A stretch of DNA of 64,000 bases from the human T2T-CHM13v2.0 reference genome, Homo sapiens, in assembly GCF_009914755.1 (NCBI RefSeq), contig NC_060932.1; one strand, 5' to 3'. The translations under genes were made by a program, and so were the position numbers. How positions within the stretch are numbered: the first letter of the stretch is position 1; each line of letters opens with the position of its first letter. The notes under the pieces are model-generated. The model was not told the origin of the DNA and did not search any database. It saw only the letters and a program-made list of their open reading frames with translations. Positions 42,106 to 55,140 of the stretch are shown piece by piece.

Positions 42106-42987
42106 CCTTCAGATATTCTCGTAAGTTGCCCTGATGTCATCATTGCTTTGATCGGGTATCCTAGACCACCCAGGTAAAGAGTGCCCAGGTACAGGCGGGA
42201 GTACAGCAGAGTATAATTCCAGGACCTCTCGGCTCAAGTCCTGTTAATACCCAGCTGGTGTGGGGGTTGGGTAGGTACAGAGTCTGCATTTTCCTTCCTG
42301 CAGGGCTTAACTGTCCCCAGCCTGGATGGGCTGCCCTCCCTGGGAGTCTCACCTCTGCCTCCTAGGGGCCCTGGGCAGAATCTTTGTCTATTTTGCCTCC
42401 CTTTTATCTGATTCATCACCTGTGGGCACCAAGAGCTATTGTGGAATATTGGGCAGAGTCCTGCGTGACGATTCAGGTGGCCTTGGGTGAACTTCTGCTT
42501 TGGATCGCTGAGTTTTCACAGATCAGAAGGCATCTCTGGGCCTCCTCCATCTGCTGGTCTGAAGTGGGGGAAAACGGGGTGATCAACAAGCCTCTTTCCA
42601 GTGGTGGCACTCCGGGCCTCTGTGGTGCTGGGATTGGCTCAACCAAAAACCCAGCCTGGATGCTGAAGCCCAGGCTTTATTCTGCCTGTATCTGTGGCCC
42701 TCCTTTAAAGTGCCGGGATGAGCTGGTTTGGTGGCACATGGCTCTGTGTCAAATATGTGAAAGAGCAGCCTGGACCTCGCATTTTCAGAGAGGAGAGGAC
42801 AGGCCGTCTTTGGCACACTCGAGTGGGCAGGGGCCAGGTGGTGGGGCTGAGGAAGGGGTGCAGGGGTGGAGTGGGGTAGGGGGGTCCAGAAAGATCCAGC
42901 ATCCTCCCATCTGCAGCTCTCTCATGGGGTGGATCTGCATGTCCTTTTGCTGGGCAGAGGAGCCTGAAGGGATGTATCAGCAGGTGG

Positions 42988-43348
42988 CTGTCTGTCTAAT
43001 TCACGCTATAACACCATACCATAGACTGGGTGGCTTAAACAATAGACGTTCACTTCTCACAATTCTGGAGCATGGGATTCCAAGATCAGGGTGCCAGCAG
43101 GGTTGAGTTCTGGGGAAGGCTGTCTTCTCAGCTTGCAGACAGCCGACTGCTCACTGTCTATTCACATGGGGACAGAGAGGTCACCTCTCTTATGTCTTTT
43201 CTTATAAGGGCACTAATCCCATTTGTGAAGGCTCCACCCTCATGACCTAATCACCTCCCAAAGGCCACACCTCCTAATACCTTTGCAGTGGGGATTAGGG
43301 ATTCAACATATGAATTTGGGGCGGTGGGGAGGGCCACCAACATAGCAC
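42988..43348 (-). mobile_element. MLT1A-like solo LTR
   Basis: catagactgggtggcttaaacaa...tataagggcactaatccc...catgacctaatcacctccc...catagca. Confidence 0.85.
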
Positions 43349-43511
43349 TGTCCTTGAGGGGTCAGTGGTGGCAGTGTCACTCCTGCTGCCCATGAGGCCA
43401 GATGCCTGCTGGGGAGTCTGGGCATGAACACGAGGTGGGGAAAGGGAGTTCCATCCCAACCCCTTCCCTGAGGATAAGCTTGCCTGGACAGAGAGCCTCC
43501 CAGTTTACAAG

Positions 43512-44071
43512 TGTAAGGTATATGGATGTGCTTTGGTCAAGAACAGGCCGAGGTGGATATCCAGGCCTGCATGACTCAGTGAGTTTAGAGTGCAGGCATA
43601 TAACTCCACTTGTTATCACAGCCATGTAGCCATGTGGCCCGATGCCACTATTGTCTGTAAAAGCTATAATTGCCCTGCTGACTCTGTACAGGTGCACTTG
43701 CACCCAGAGAAAGAGAGAGAGAGCCAGAGCTGTCGGTCTTTGCAGATGGACAGGGGGAGCCAGGACACAGCTCAGCCTACTCATGCCCAGAGAGAGAAAG
43801 AGTTCAGCTGCTGACCCTGAAGGCAAGGGAGAGCTGGCCACGCAGGTGTGTGTGGGAGCTGGCTGCTGAGAGGAGCCGCCGAGCTGGAGCAGGCAGCCAA
43901 AATAAAGGTGAACAGTGTAAACGAGCTAGTGTAAGCTGCTGATGAGAGAGCGGCTGAATAAAATTACATTTCACCTGCCTACAGCACCCCGAGTGTTCTT
44001 TCAGCTATCTGCTCATCCATCCCCTCTTTTCGGACCTCAGCTGGGACTGGACCCTAACCCTGAGCATAACA
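43512..44071 (+). mobile_element. LTR18-family (LTR18B-like) ERVL solo LTR
   Basis: TG...CA termini, perfect 5-bp TSD acaag, start tgtaaggtatatggatgtgctttggtcaag, TGACTCA at 43572-43578, aataaa. Confidence 0.85.
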
Positions 44072-44289
44072 ACAAGTGATACTTTTGTTAGGTCCATTTT
44101 CACTTCATCAGAAATGTCCTGAGCTCTCCCTGGGCACTGTCCTGTGGCTGGTAAGAGGCAGAGGTGAGTCAGATGTGAAGCCCACTCTCTAGGGGTTCCT
44201 CCTCGTAGGGCAGATGGGCAGGTGAACCCGGTACGAGGAGCCCAACAAGTTAGGTGTGTACAAGGTTCAGACTTGTCATCTTGACATTT

Positions 44290-44588
44290 CCCAGATGTAC
44301 CACGTTCCTTCCCACTTCAAGGCCTTGCCACATGCTGTTCCCTCTGCCTGAACCCCTTTCTCCCCTTCCTCTGATAAACTCCTAGTTATACTTCAGGTGC
44401 TCCTGAAAGTCTTCCCCGAGGCCCTTCCCTTCATTATGCCAATTGCTGTTGTTCGACAATCTTAGAAACCTGTGTTTCCTTTTCCTCTCCCTCCTGCAGG
44501 GCAGGAACCGTGTCAGTCTTGTTCCTTGTTGTAACCCAGTGCCGGGCACATGGTAAGTACTCGGGAAATGTTTATTGAATGAATGAAG
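44290..44588 (+). mobile_element. L2 3' end
   Basis: gccttgccacatgctgttccctctgcctg...cacatggtaagtactc...ttgaatgaatgaa. Confidence 0.75.
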
Positions 44589-44619
44589 AAAGCTGTTGCA
44601 CAGAGGAGTCACTGGTTCA

Positions 44620-45830
44620 CTCTAGAAGTGGGGGAATCTGGGAGGGTTTTCTGGAGGAGGTGATGACTAAGCCAGGTTTTGAAGGAAGAATAGAAGTTTG
44701 CAGGGCATACCAGGCAGTGGAAACAGCATGCACAAAGACTCAGAGAGGTGGCGTCTTATGGAAGCTCACTGTTGTTGGAATGCAGAGTGAGGGGACAAGG
44801 GGTGAGGCGAAGGTGTGGCCAAGGCATGACCTGCTCATGGAAGGTCCAGTGGATGTCTTCAGAAGCTGGGGGATGTGGGTAAGGAGGGGCATAATGTGAC
44901 CTGTGGTTTGGAAATATTGTTCTGGTGGCTGTGTAAAGTGGCCGGTGAGAGGCTGCTGTGATGCAGCAGGAGAGACATGATGAGGCTCCAACCCATGCAC
45001 TGTATAAGGATAGGGAGGATGGGTGAGTTCGAGATTTCAGCCTTGAGTCCCAGGGCTTGATGACTAGTTTGATGTGGTAGAAGGAGTAGTCAAGAGTGGA
45101 AGGTGATTCCACTAACACAAACTACAGACACAAGAGAGAGGAAGAACAACTTTGAGAAAGTTGGGAAGGGAAAGGCGGTTCTGTTTTAGACACATTGAGT
45201 TTGAGGATCTCTTGGGGCTTCATGTCAGAAGCAGATAGTTTTACATTTGGCACCAAAGCTCAAGAGAGAGGTAAGAGCAGGAGATATAGATTTGGACTTC
45301 TGGACATATACAGTCATGTGCCACACAACAACATTTTACTGAACGACAGATTGCATATGGTCCCATAGGATGATTCTACCATATTTTTACGGTACCATTT
45401 CTATGTTTATCTCCATTTAGATACACAAAAACTTACCACTGTGTTAAAGTTGCCTACGGTATTCAGTGCAGTAACGTGTTGTACAGGTTTGTAGCCTAGG
45501 AACAATAGACTACATCACACAGCCTAGTGTGTAGTTGGCTAGAACATCTAGGTCTGTGTAAATTCACTCTATGATGTTCATACAGCAATGAAATCACCTA
45601 ACAACTCATCTCTCAGAATGTATCCCCATTGCTGTCATTCAGGATTATACATGGAAATTAAAGTGATAGGGGTGAATGAGACTGCCAGGGAGAGGGTATG
45701 GAGTAAGACCAGAAAAAGTCTGGGCATAAAACACTCAAGGAAATAAAAATTCAGGGTACCTTCAGAGAAAGAGGACACCAAGAAAAAATGATCAGAGTCG
45801 CAGAGGCACCAGGAAGAGAAGTTGTCACGG
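44620..45830 (-). mobile_element. L2 fragment interrupted by Tigger3
   Basis: ttctggaggaggtgatg...gttttagacacattgagtttgagg. Confidence 0.7.
45311..45632 (+). mobile_element. Tigger3a (MER7-like) DNA transposon
   Basis: TA then cagtcatgtgccac...tgtacaggtttgtagcctaggaacaatag...ctcagaatgtatcccc. Confidence 0.8.
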
Positions 45831-45834
45831 AGAC

Positions 45835-46490
45835 TGCTGCAGGGTCCTTGGGTTGCCTGCCCAACGCTTGTCCCTCTTTCCTCCTTCCCAACAGGTATCT
45901 GTTCTCCTTGACATAAGTGTATGGATGTTCCCACCCCAGAGAGCGAATCCTCATAGTGGAAGCCAAAGGTGGTCGTTCCATTCTTCTTGCCAGGGACTGG
46001 CTTAGGAATAGACATGTGACCCATTAGGACCAAGGAAGCACGAAAGGGGGCATTCTTCCAGAGGGCTTCTGCGAAAGGTTTCCTTATTCTTAAGACAGAG
46101 GCGAGGATGAGATGATTCTATTTTATCTCTAGCCTTCATTGAGACTGCATGTAATATTTGACACAGTGGCAGCTATCTTGTGGCCATAAGGAAAATTAGT
46201 TTAAGGGTCAAATCAACACCCCAAAGACGGCAGAGAGGAGACAGGGGAAGAACTGGGGTCTTTTATGACATTGCTGATCCAGGGGCCCTAAATGCAATCA
46301 CAGAGCAGAGAGAAATTTGATGCACACAGAAGAAATGAAGTCAGTGTGACCATGGAGGCAGAAATTGGAGTATTGTGGCCACAAGCCAAGGTGTGCCATC
46401 AGCCACCAGCAATTGGAAGAGGCGAGGAATAGATTCTCCCCTGGAGCCTCCGGAGGGAGGGCAGCCCACTGACACCTTGACTTCTGCCCA
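45835..46490 (+). mobile_element. MaLR LTR fragments (MLT1J/K-like followed by MLT1C-like)
   Basis: gactggcttaggaatagacatgtgaccc...; gattctcccctggagcctccggagggag. Confidence 0.6.
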
Positions 46491-46577
46491 GCATTTCCTC
46501 TGCCTTTCTGATCCAGGAGGTCAAGAAGGGTCCTCAGTGCTCCTGTGCCTGTGGCAGAAATGGTAGGAAGAGGCTGA

Positions 46578-46914
<337 letters not shown>

Positions 46915-47412
46915 AAAATGGCCTATAGAATTCCAGGAGTCAGAAATTGAGTCATCCATCCAGGAATCTTTATTATGCACCTGCTTTGTGTCACACCTGC
47001 TGGGAATACAGTTATAATTAGACCAGAATCAGCTTTGGGCCTCAAAGAACGAGTGGAAAGGGCTTTCCCCAGAGGGAGCTGGCAGCTCTGAAAGACGCTT
47101 ATTGACGATGGGGGTGGATTCATGTTGTCCAGGTACTGAGCTGGGGACGCAGCTGTTGGGGTGCAGGAATTCCCCAGCCCATCCTGCTGGCCCTGCTAAG
47201 AGACAGGCCTGGGCAGGAGGAGACTGGAATCTCCAAAGCAGATGTGAGGAGGGAGCTAGCCCAAGGTCAGGTGTTGGCTCAAGTTTCTCCTGTAGTCAAC
47301 ACAAGGGCAGTGGAGGAACCTGGCCTGGAGTCTAGCCTGACCTGGAAGAAAGTTCATGGGCTGAAGTGTGAAGCTGCCAAGCTCCAGGGGCCTCAGAGAC
47401 CTGCAGCCGAGG

Positions 47413-47443
<31 letters not shown>

Positions 47444-47452
47444 GGCGGGGGG
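47413..47452 (+). repeat. (GT)7 followed by G19CG6
   Basis: Read directly from the sequence. Confidence 0.9.
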
Positions 47453-48044
47453 ACTGGAAATAGCAGGCCAGAGAGCTGCCAGCCCTTTCCAGGGACAGCA
47501 CTCTTTCAGGCTAGAGAGGAGCCATGATTGCAGTCACTGCTGTGTCTGCTGGGCCCTGGAAGATGGTGGAGTCCCTGAGGGTCAGAGGAGCTTCCAGGCC
47601 TCTCCACCCTTGGTGGGCATGCGGTGTGGCCTGGACCTTGGACCTTGGACCTTGGTTTTTATGTGATTCTCACCTGGGGATGGGAATGGTATGTGACCTC
47701 TTCCCAAGGCCCTCCATGGCACACTGGAGCTGAGAACTCCTGCTTGACACGCTGAGTAAGCAGGCAGGGGACCACGACGGCATTTTTCTTCAACCTCATG
47801 GAAGAAACAGAGCTCAGGGAAGAGGGAGGGGGTCTTGTCAGGAAGAGAAAGGAAAGTGGGGAGTGGCGTCCTTAGCCAGGACCCAAGGTTGAGGATACCA
47901 GTCAGCACCCAGCGATCAGAACATTCCACCACATTCCTCAGGAAGAGAAGCCGCTGTTCTCTTTTTGTTTGTTTGTGGGGGCAAAGGGGATGGCACTTTG
48001 AAAGTCAGACATGGTGAAGGCAGCCACAGCTTTGGGGGTGCTAG

Positions 48045-48240
48045 GTGGCTCTCTGTCTCTCTTCTCTCCTCTGTTTCTCTCTTTCTTCTTGCCCCTCTCT
48101 TCCCCTTCCCTTCTTTCTCTCTTCTCCCTCCATCTTTCCTTTTCTCACTGTGTGTCTCCTTGACATCGGGTCTCTATTTCTGTCTACCACTCACATCTGT
48201 GTCTCTGCTTTTCTCTCTCTCTCTCTCTTGCTGTCTCTCA
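48045..48240. repeat. CT-rich low-complexity tract
   Basis: Polypyrimidine + strand. Confidence 0.8.
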
Positions 48241-48854
48241 CACAGAGCCTGGCTTTATTCCTATTACCTCAGCTGAAGGGCCAGGACACCTCAGGAAGCA
48301 CCTGTGCTCCGGCCCTGCCCAAGCACTTTTTCCATGTTCTCCTTTACACTTCCTCATGCATCCCTTCTTTTAACACGTGCTCACAATGTCATCCGTGCCT
48401 TTCAAGTCCCCTCACATATTTTCATCCGTTTTTATCAGCAAATATACAGGCATCTTCCTGGTGCCCCCTGTCCCATCCTGTTGGCCCAGACCCAGGCTGA
48501 CAGAAGTTTCAGCTCCTTGGGGCCTGCTGGGGATGGGCGATAGGTAGGTGGTGCCCGCAGAGATCGGGCTCCTCACCCTCAATTCCTGAGAAACCACTGA
48601 AACAGGAGAGGGGCATTACAGCACCCTCGGCTCTCAGCCTCCTGGGGCTGCTCCCTCCTGAGGCCAGGACCCAGGATGAGAGCACCCAGGTAAAGGCTGC
48701 AGAGCTCCCCAATAGCATACGGTTTAGAGGGAGAGCCTGGGGCCTGATCTCTGACCGGGACCTCTGGCGAATCATGTAATCTTTTTGAGCCTCGGGTTCT
48801 TTCTTTAAAACCTGGAAAATTGGTATTTTGTTTGCTCTATTGCACAAAGCATTA

Positions 48855-48914
48855 CCCAAAATGGGTATTTTGAGTAAAAAATACCCATTTTGTACTCAAA
48901 ATACCCATTTTGGG
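48855..48914. repeat. Perfect 22-bp inverted repeat with a self-derived 16-bp spacer
   Basis: CCCAAAATGGGTATTTTGAGTA-aaaaatacccattttg-TACTCAAAATACCCATTTTGGG. Confidence 0.95.
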
Positions 48915-48924
48915 AACAAAGCGT

Positions 48925-49090
48925 GCCTTAATGTATAAATTCAATCCTGCAACAACCTCACTACTAGGCAATATTATCATCTCTGTGAGGAAATGGAGGT
49001 TTAGAGAGGTGAAGTCACTCATCCAAGGTTGCTCAGCTGATAAGCGGCAGAGCTGGGTTTCAAACCCGACAGTCTGGCCCCAGGCCCTAC
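48925..49090 (-). mobile_element. MIR
   Basis: gtgaggaaatggaggtttagagaggtgaagtcactcatccaagg...gggtttcaaaccc. Confidence 0.75.
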
Positions 49091-49829
49091 ACCCTTATGG
49101 TTGAGTGTTTTCCTGATGGTCTGTGAAATGCTCTCTTCTTCCACTTTTCTGGGATGGCCTGGGAGAACACAGTTGGTGCCCCTCTCCGGGTACCTCTGAG
49201 AAACTGTATTTCCAGGTCTGGCTCTATGGACAAGTGCCCACAGCATGGTTGTCCAGTCTGCAGAAGTGATAGTCCAGGTGCTGAGAGCACGTGGCCACCT
49301 CCACCTGGGTCTTCTGAGGGACACAGGGTCACTGAGTGGAGGGAAGCCTCTGATCCAGGGCTGCAGTAACCATCTGTGTTTTCCCCTAAGTCTCCTCAGG
49401 CTTTGTTGCCACAATACATTTATTTTTGGAGAATTAGCACCCCCAGTTCAGCACACTGGACCTCTTATTTGCCAGCTGCTTTCTCTCTTGTTTCTGTTTA
49501 ACTATGGTGTGTATTGACTTTGCTGCTGCTATCTTTGTTTCACCTCTGAAAAGAATATTTGAGTGGCAAGTACTGTTTATTCTCTTATTTCTTCAACAAA
49601 TATGACTTCCATGCACAGGACACTGTGCTGATTACTCTGGGGGATATGAAAAATGAAACTGGTGTGGCCTTTGCCCTCAGGAATCTTATAGTTCACTAGG
49701 GACACACTAACATGCACGGAGGTCACTGTGATACCATGTGGAGTGTGGTGAGAGCATTAGCACCAAACACGCACGTCGGGACTTCAGACAGAGCTCTTAG
49801 GGAAGCTTCCCAGAGGAAATGATGTCTAA

Positions 49830-50310
49830 ATAACTAAGTTAAAGTGCAGAGACCCCAAAAACACAGTGATTTATATAAGATCAATCTTAAAATATAATTG
49901 TATTTCTCTCTCCTGTGACGGTGCGGATGTAGGTGGCAGTTGAGGCTGCTGGGATAGCTCAGCTCCACAAGGTCATTCGGGGACTCAGTTCTGCTCTATC
50001 TTGTTACTTTGCTCCAGTGTTCCACAGGGTGTTGGCCTCATCTCTACGGCTAAAACTTGGTCATTGCCACATTAGTGTTCCAGCTTATGGGCTGGGCGGA
50101 GAGGATGGAGGAATATACAACAGGTGCTTTAGGGCCCAGACCCAGAAGTGGCTCACATATCCTGTTGGCCAGAACTTGGTCATTTAGCCACATCTAATTA
50201 CAAAGGAGATGGGGAAATGTAGTCAATAGCCAGGTGGCCAAGTGCCCAGCCAAAAATTTAATGTGGACGAAACAGATAACAGGGATTATTATCTCCATGA
50301 CTCTATCACA
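49830..50310 (-). mobile_element. Old MaLR LTR (MLT1J/K/L-like) nested in L2
   Basis: ttggccagaacttggtcatttagccacatctaattacaaaggagatggggaaatgtagtc. Confidence 0.65.
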
Positions 50311-50999
50311 ATGAGTTGGACCTTGGCATATAAATAGAGCCTTGCTAAGTAAAAATTAGAATGAGAGGGCATTCAGGTGCCTTCCAGAAAATGTCAGAGG
50401 TAAGGAAAAGTGCAAGATGTATTTAGAGAAAGTGAATATCCAGCATAACTGAAGTGTAGGGTTTCTGTAAAGGAGGTTGTGACCTACATACAGGTGGAGA
50501 TAGGGCAGGCCTCATCTCTTTAACAGGCTGCTCAGCCTTCCAAATAGAATGTAACCATGCCACCTGTACACCTGCTATCCCAAACACTTGATTCTTCTTT
50601 AACCAACCACACAGGATGTATGTTCTCTGAGCCCTACTCAGGAAATTTAACCTTGAGCTGATAGTGATCTAGATCCTATCAAAATCTTGGCTTCCTAAGG
50701 GTATGCTATTTGACTACTTTTTTTAAGCAATGATTCTTGTATGTATTGATGCTGATCCCAGAAAGTTCTATGAAGGACTACATTAGCCCAGTCTCCTAGC
50801 AGAAGCCCTTCACCATGTCGAGTTTCATGTTAAGCTCTTGGAAGAGATGGCCACACGAAGAACACTTTGGTATGTTCCAACAAAACATTATTGAGGATGT
50901 TGCTCACATTTTGTTCATGGTATAACATGGTATTTTTAAATAAAAATCAACCACAGGCTCTATATCTTGCGACATCCTGTTGCTTTGTCCTTGGCATTC

Positions 51000-51950
51000 A
51001 AGACTAAACAAACATTTATCAAGGCACTGGCTATTGACAGATACTGGGCCAGGTGCTTGGTGGGAATATAGAGAGAAGAGACACAGTCCCTAACTTCCAA
51101 GAGCTCACAGTCTGGGGCAGGGGATGCGAATATGTGGCTTGTGAGGCAGACAGATAAGTAATAGGCATTTATGACATAATTTGGTAAATGTTGTGTGAAG
51201 CACAGAAAAAGATGCTATAATAGCCTGGAGAGAGAAGGCGAGGAAGGCCTTCTGAAGGAGCTAAGTCTTGGAGGTTGAATAAGGGTCAATAACATTAATC
51301 ATGAGGAATGGATAAAACAATGTTCTAGGCAAAGGCAACAGCTTAGCAAAGTCATGCAGAAATGAGAGAGGGTGGGGCTCAGTGTGGCTGTGGTTTAGGG
51401 GGAGGAGGGGGGATTCAGCTGGAGGGATAGGCTGGGCTAGTCACAGGGGCCTTGCAGCCCTGCTGAGGAATTTGGGCTTTTGCCCACAGGCTCTATACCA
51501 TCCTGGCAGATGATCAGATCCATATCTTAGAAATGTCAGTCTTGTCAACATAAGTTAGGGACTGGACTAAGAAGGGAAGCTGTTGCAATATGTCAGGTGA
51601 GAAATGATGTGGCCTTAAACATGTGAAGACAAGGTGGACATAAGGAGGTGGAAAGAGGTTGGAGGAATATTAAGGAAGAAGAATCAATAGCACTTGGTGA
51701 CTGATTTGGGGGTAAAGGAGAAGGAGAAGGTGATGGGACAGTGAGGTGTTTGGACTGGCAGTGTTACTCCTTTAGAACCAGCTGACAGGGGAAGGAGCAG
51801 GTGAGGGGTGGGGGATGAGGTGCTTGACTGTGGAGGTGGGCCAGGCAGTCAGATATGCAGGAGGAAGATAAAGATTTTGGAGTTTCCAGTGTGCAGGTGC
51901 AGGTTAAAGATAAGGAGTGTGTCCAAAGCCAGTGAATACTGAATGACACA
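51000..51950 (-). mobile_element. L2 fragment
   Basis: caaacatttatcaagg...ccaggtgcttgg...ttccaagagctcacagtct...gcacttggtgactgattt. Confidence 0.7.
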
Positions 51951-52669
51951 CCTGCGGTGTTGTCAGATGCTTTTTATTCCACATAAGAAGTTGATGCAAT
52001 GGCTACTGTGGGCCTGGAGCTTTCACACTCACTTATTTAGCCTGCTCCATAAAGCTGTGAGGAAGAATGCATTTACTTATTGATGCTTGGCTGGAGAAAG
52101 GATTTAAGCCTGTAGGTATTATCACTAGGCTGATTTTACAGTGAGGTTCAGAGAAGTGAAATGAGTGGTAGCAGGCCAGGTTGCACAGAAGATGGTGGAG
52201 GGGGATTGAAGGGCAGGCCTTTGCAGCCTGGTCTATACCACAACTGCCTTTTGTGATGTGGGTGCCCTTTGAGCAGGAGAGGCATAGCTGCTGGTAGCAC
52301 ATGCTGCTCACAGGGGACTACATGAGTCGGTGGGGCAAGGGCACCTGACCATGGCCTTGGCTCCCGTGCATGCACTGGGTTCTGACTCTGGCACAACCCT
52401 GGGCATACTCAGCTCGGTGAGCTGGTTTGGTGCTCATTTTATCATCCTTTTGGTGCAGGAGGATTTCTGTCCCTCTTGGCCCTCCACATCCCCTGCTGTC
52501 CTCATGGCTGGAGAGGAGGCCTGCAATGAGGCAAAACTGACACCAAGGCAGGCCCATCCATGGTGAAAGCAGAGGTGTACTGGCATTAGGTGTTGAAAGA
52601 TTTGCATGCGGAAGGGGTTGGGGAGAGGAAGTACTTAACCACTGATGTTGATTTAGTGCAAGGCTGGCA

Positions 52670-53388
<719 letters not shown>

Positions 53389-53809
53389 CTGGCAAACATG
53401 TGGCAGGCAAGTGCCTCCTACACCTAAGGAGGATGCCAATAATCACCCTCAGTATCCCTTCTGGGGAACCCGGCACCACCCTTGATCCTGCCCACAGAGC
53501 CCTCTGGCAGCTGCTGCCACATGACTGGAGCTGTCACACTCCATGCTGTGATTTAGTGCTCACCAGGTCCCTAACACTGGACTTGGCTCAGGCAGCTCAG
53601 AAAAGGGTCTGGCAGGGCCACTGTTCTCAAGGGGCCTGGAGCCTTGGCCTGTGTGGGTGTGGGGCATGGCCATATCACCTCTGGAGCATGAACAGTGCCT
53701 GCCAGTCTCTGGACATCTGCTCAGGCCACCCAGCCTCAGCTCAGCAGCTGGGCTTTCTCCAGCTTTTGGGCTGTCCAGCTGCAGCTCAGCAGACAGCAGC
53801 ATAGGACTT

Positions 53810-53841
53810 GTAACTTATTCACCTCGAGGTGAATAAGTTAC
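53810..53841. repeat. Perfect 32-bp palindrome
   Basis: GTAACTTATTCACCTC|GAGGTGAATAAGTTAC. Confidence 0.97.
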
Positions 53842-53916
53842 CCACAGAGATTTAGGCAGAGAAAACTACCGTTTGAGCCAATAGGTTAAAGAAAACGCAC
53901 CAGTGCCTGGATTTTG

Positions 53917-53949
53917 CCTTTAAATCCAGGGACAGCCTGGATTTAAAGG
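53917..53949. repeat. Perfect 14-bp inverted repeat with a 5-nt loop
   Basis: CCTTTAAATCCAGG-gacag-CCTGGATTTAAAGG. Confidence 0.95.
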
Positions 53950-54229
53950 TCTATGGAATTCCTGAGGTGAATGCTTCCTGAAGCCATGGAGAAGGATGGC
54001 ACAGAGCAAGTGTGACATGGGAGGTGTCACATGCTTCTCTTAAAGGAGAAGCAAAACTATCCGGATATGGGGAAAAGGACAAAATATCATACAGGATGCA
54101 GCCTCCCCTGCCCTCAAAGAGGGGTGCTTATCCTGATGGCGGGGGGCGGTTTCCTCACTCAGGACTTCCTCTTTCTTTTCTTCGGCGCAGTCCCCTCCAA
54201 TTGCTTGCCTCAGAATCACTGGCTATAAT

Positions 54230-54362
54230 TATACAAAAGTGGATTCCCGAACTGCCTCCCAGACAGACTGAGTTTGAATCTCTGTGGCTAGGACCTAGAT
54301 ATCTGCATTTTTAATAAGATCCCAGATGATGCTGATGTATCATCAGCTAAGAATTACTGGCC
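54230..54362. mobile_element. MER5A-like fragment
   Basis: gaatctctg...atctgcatttttaataagatcccagatgatgctgatg...taagaattactgg. Confidence 0.6.
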
Positions 54363-54944
54363 TAAAGGTGTTTCCAACACAGCCCACCATGCCAGTACAA
54401 AGCAGCTGTGCACACTTTTGGAAGGATCCCCATTTTCTCCTGGGGAACTGGCCTTGGGATATGACCAATAGCGCCCCATAGCTCTCAGAACAACCCTGTC
54501 CCCATGGGCCCTCGCGGGCAGGCTGAGCACAGCAATGTGGCACTCAGCGGCTGGCCTGGGATTTGTTGGAAATAGGTTTGCTGCTTCTCAGCCAAGTGGC
54601 CTGAAGCAAACGATTTAACCTGTCTTGATTTCCTCATCTGGAAAATGGGGACACCAATAGAACCAACAAAAAGTGTTGAGAGGACTGAATGCCAGCATGT
54701 GCATGAAATGCCTCATCGGTGCATAGTACAGCATTTGATAACTCAGAGCTTTTTCAAAAAGGTATGATGATGAAAACCTTATTCAGAAGAAAGAAAACTT
54801 CACAGAAATCATTATTACAAAGCCCAGCTGAAGCTCTCCTGCACATCAGACCCCTTCTGGGAAGTGTTTGGAAAACATCAGTCTAGTGGCCCCTCCCCAG
54901 TCTTATGCCTTCCCCATCCTTCCCTCCCATCTGTGAAAACAGAG

Positions 54945-55140
54945 GAATCTCTAGTGGGGGGTGTCTGAGTTTTTTGAAAAAGAGAAAGCTTTCCTCTGGT
55001 AAGAATCACCTGGGGGCACTTGAAGACACGGCCTGGCCTCTCTGGGAAATTCTGCTTTTGGTGTTGGAGATGGGTTCTTGGAATTTACATTTTTAATCAG
55101 GTACTTCTTAACTTTTCAGCAGTTAAGGAAGCACTGGTTT
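54945..55140. mobile_element. MER5A-like fragment
   Basis: agaatcacctgggggcacttg...ttacatttttaatcagg...gaagcactgg. Confidence 0.55.

Noticed and set aside
42384-43106. Longest ORF in the track (240 aa)
   Set aside because: Non-ATG start, no recognisable domain, W/C/G-rich composition typical of random GC-rich DNA, and it runs into an MLT1A LTR
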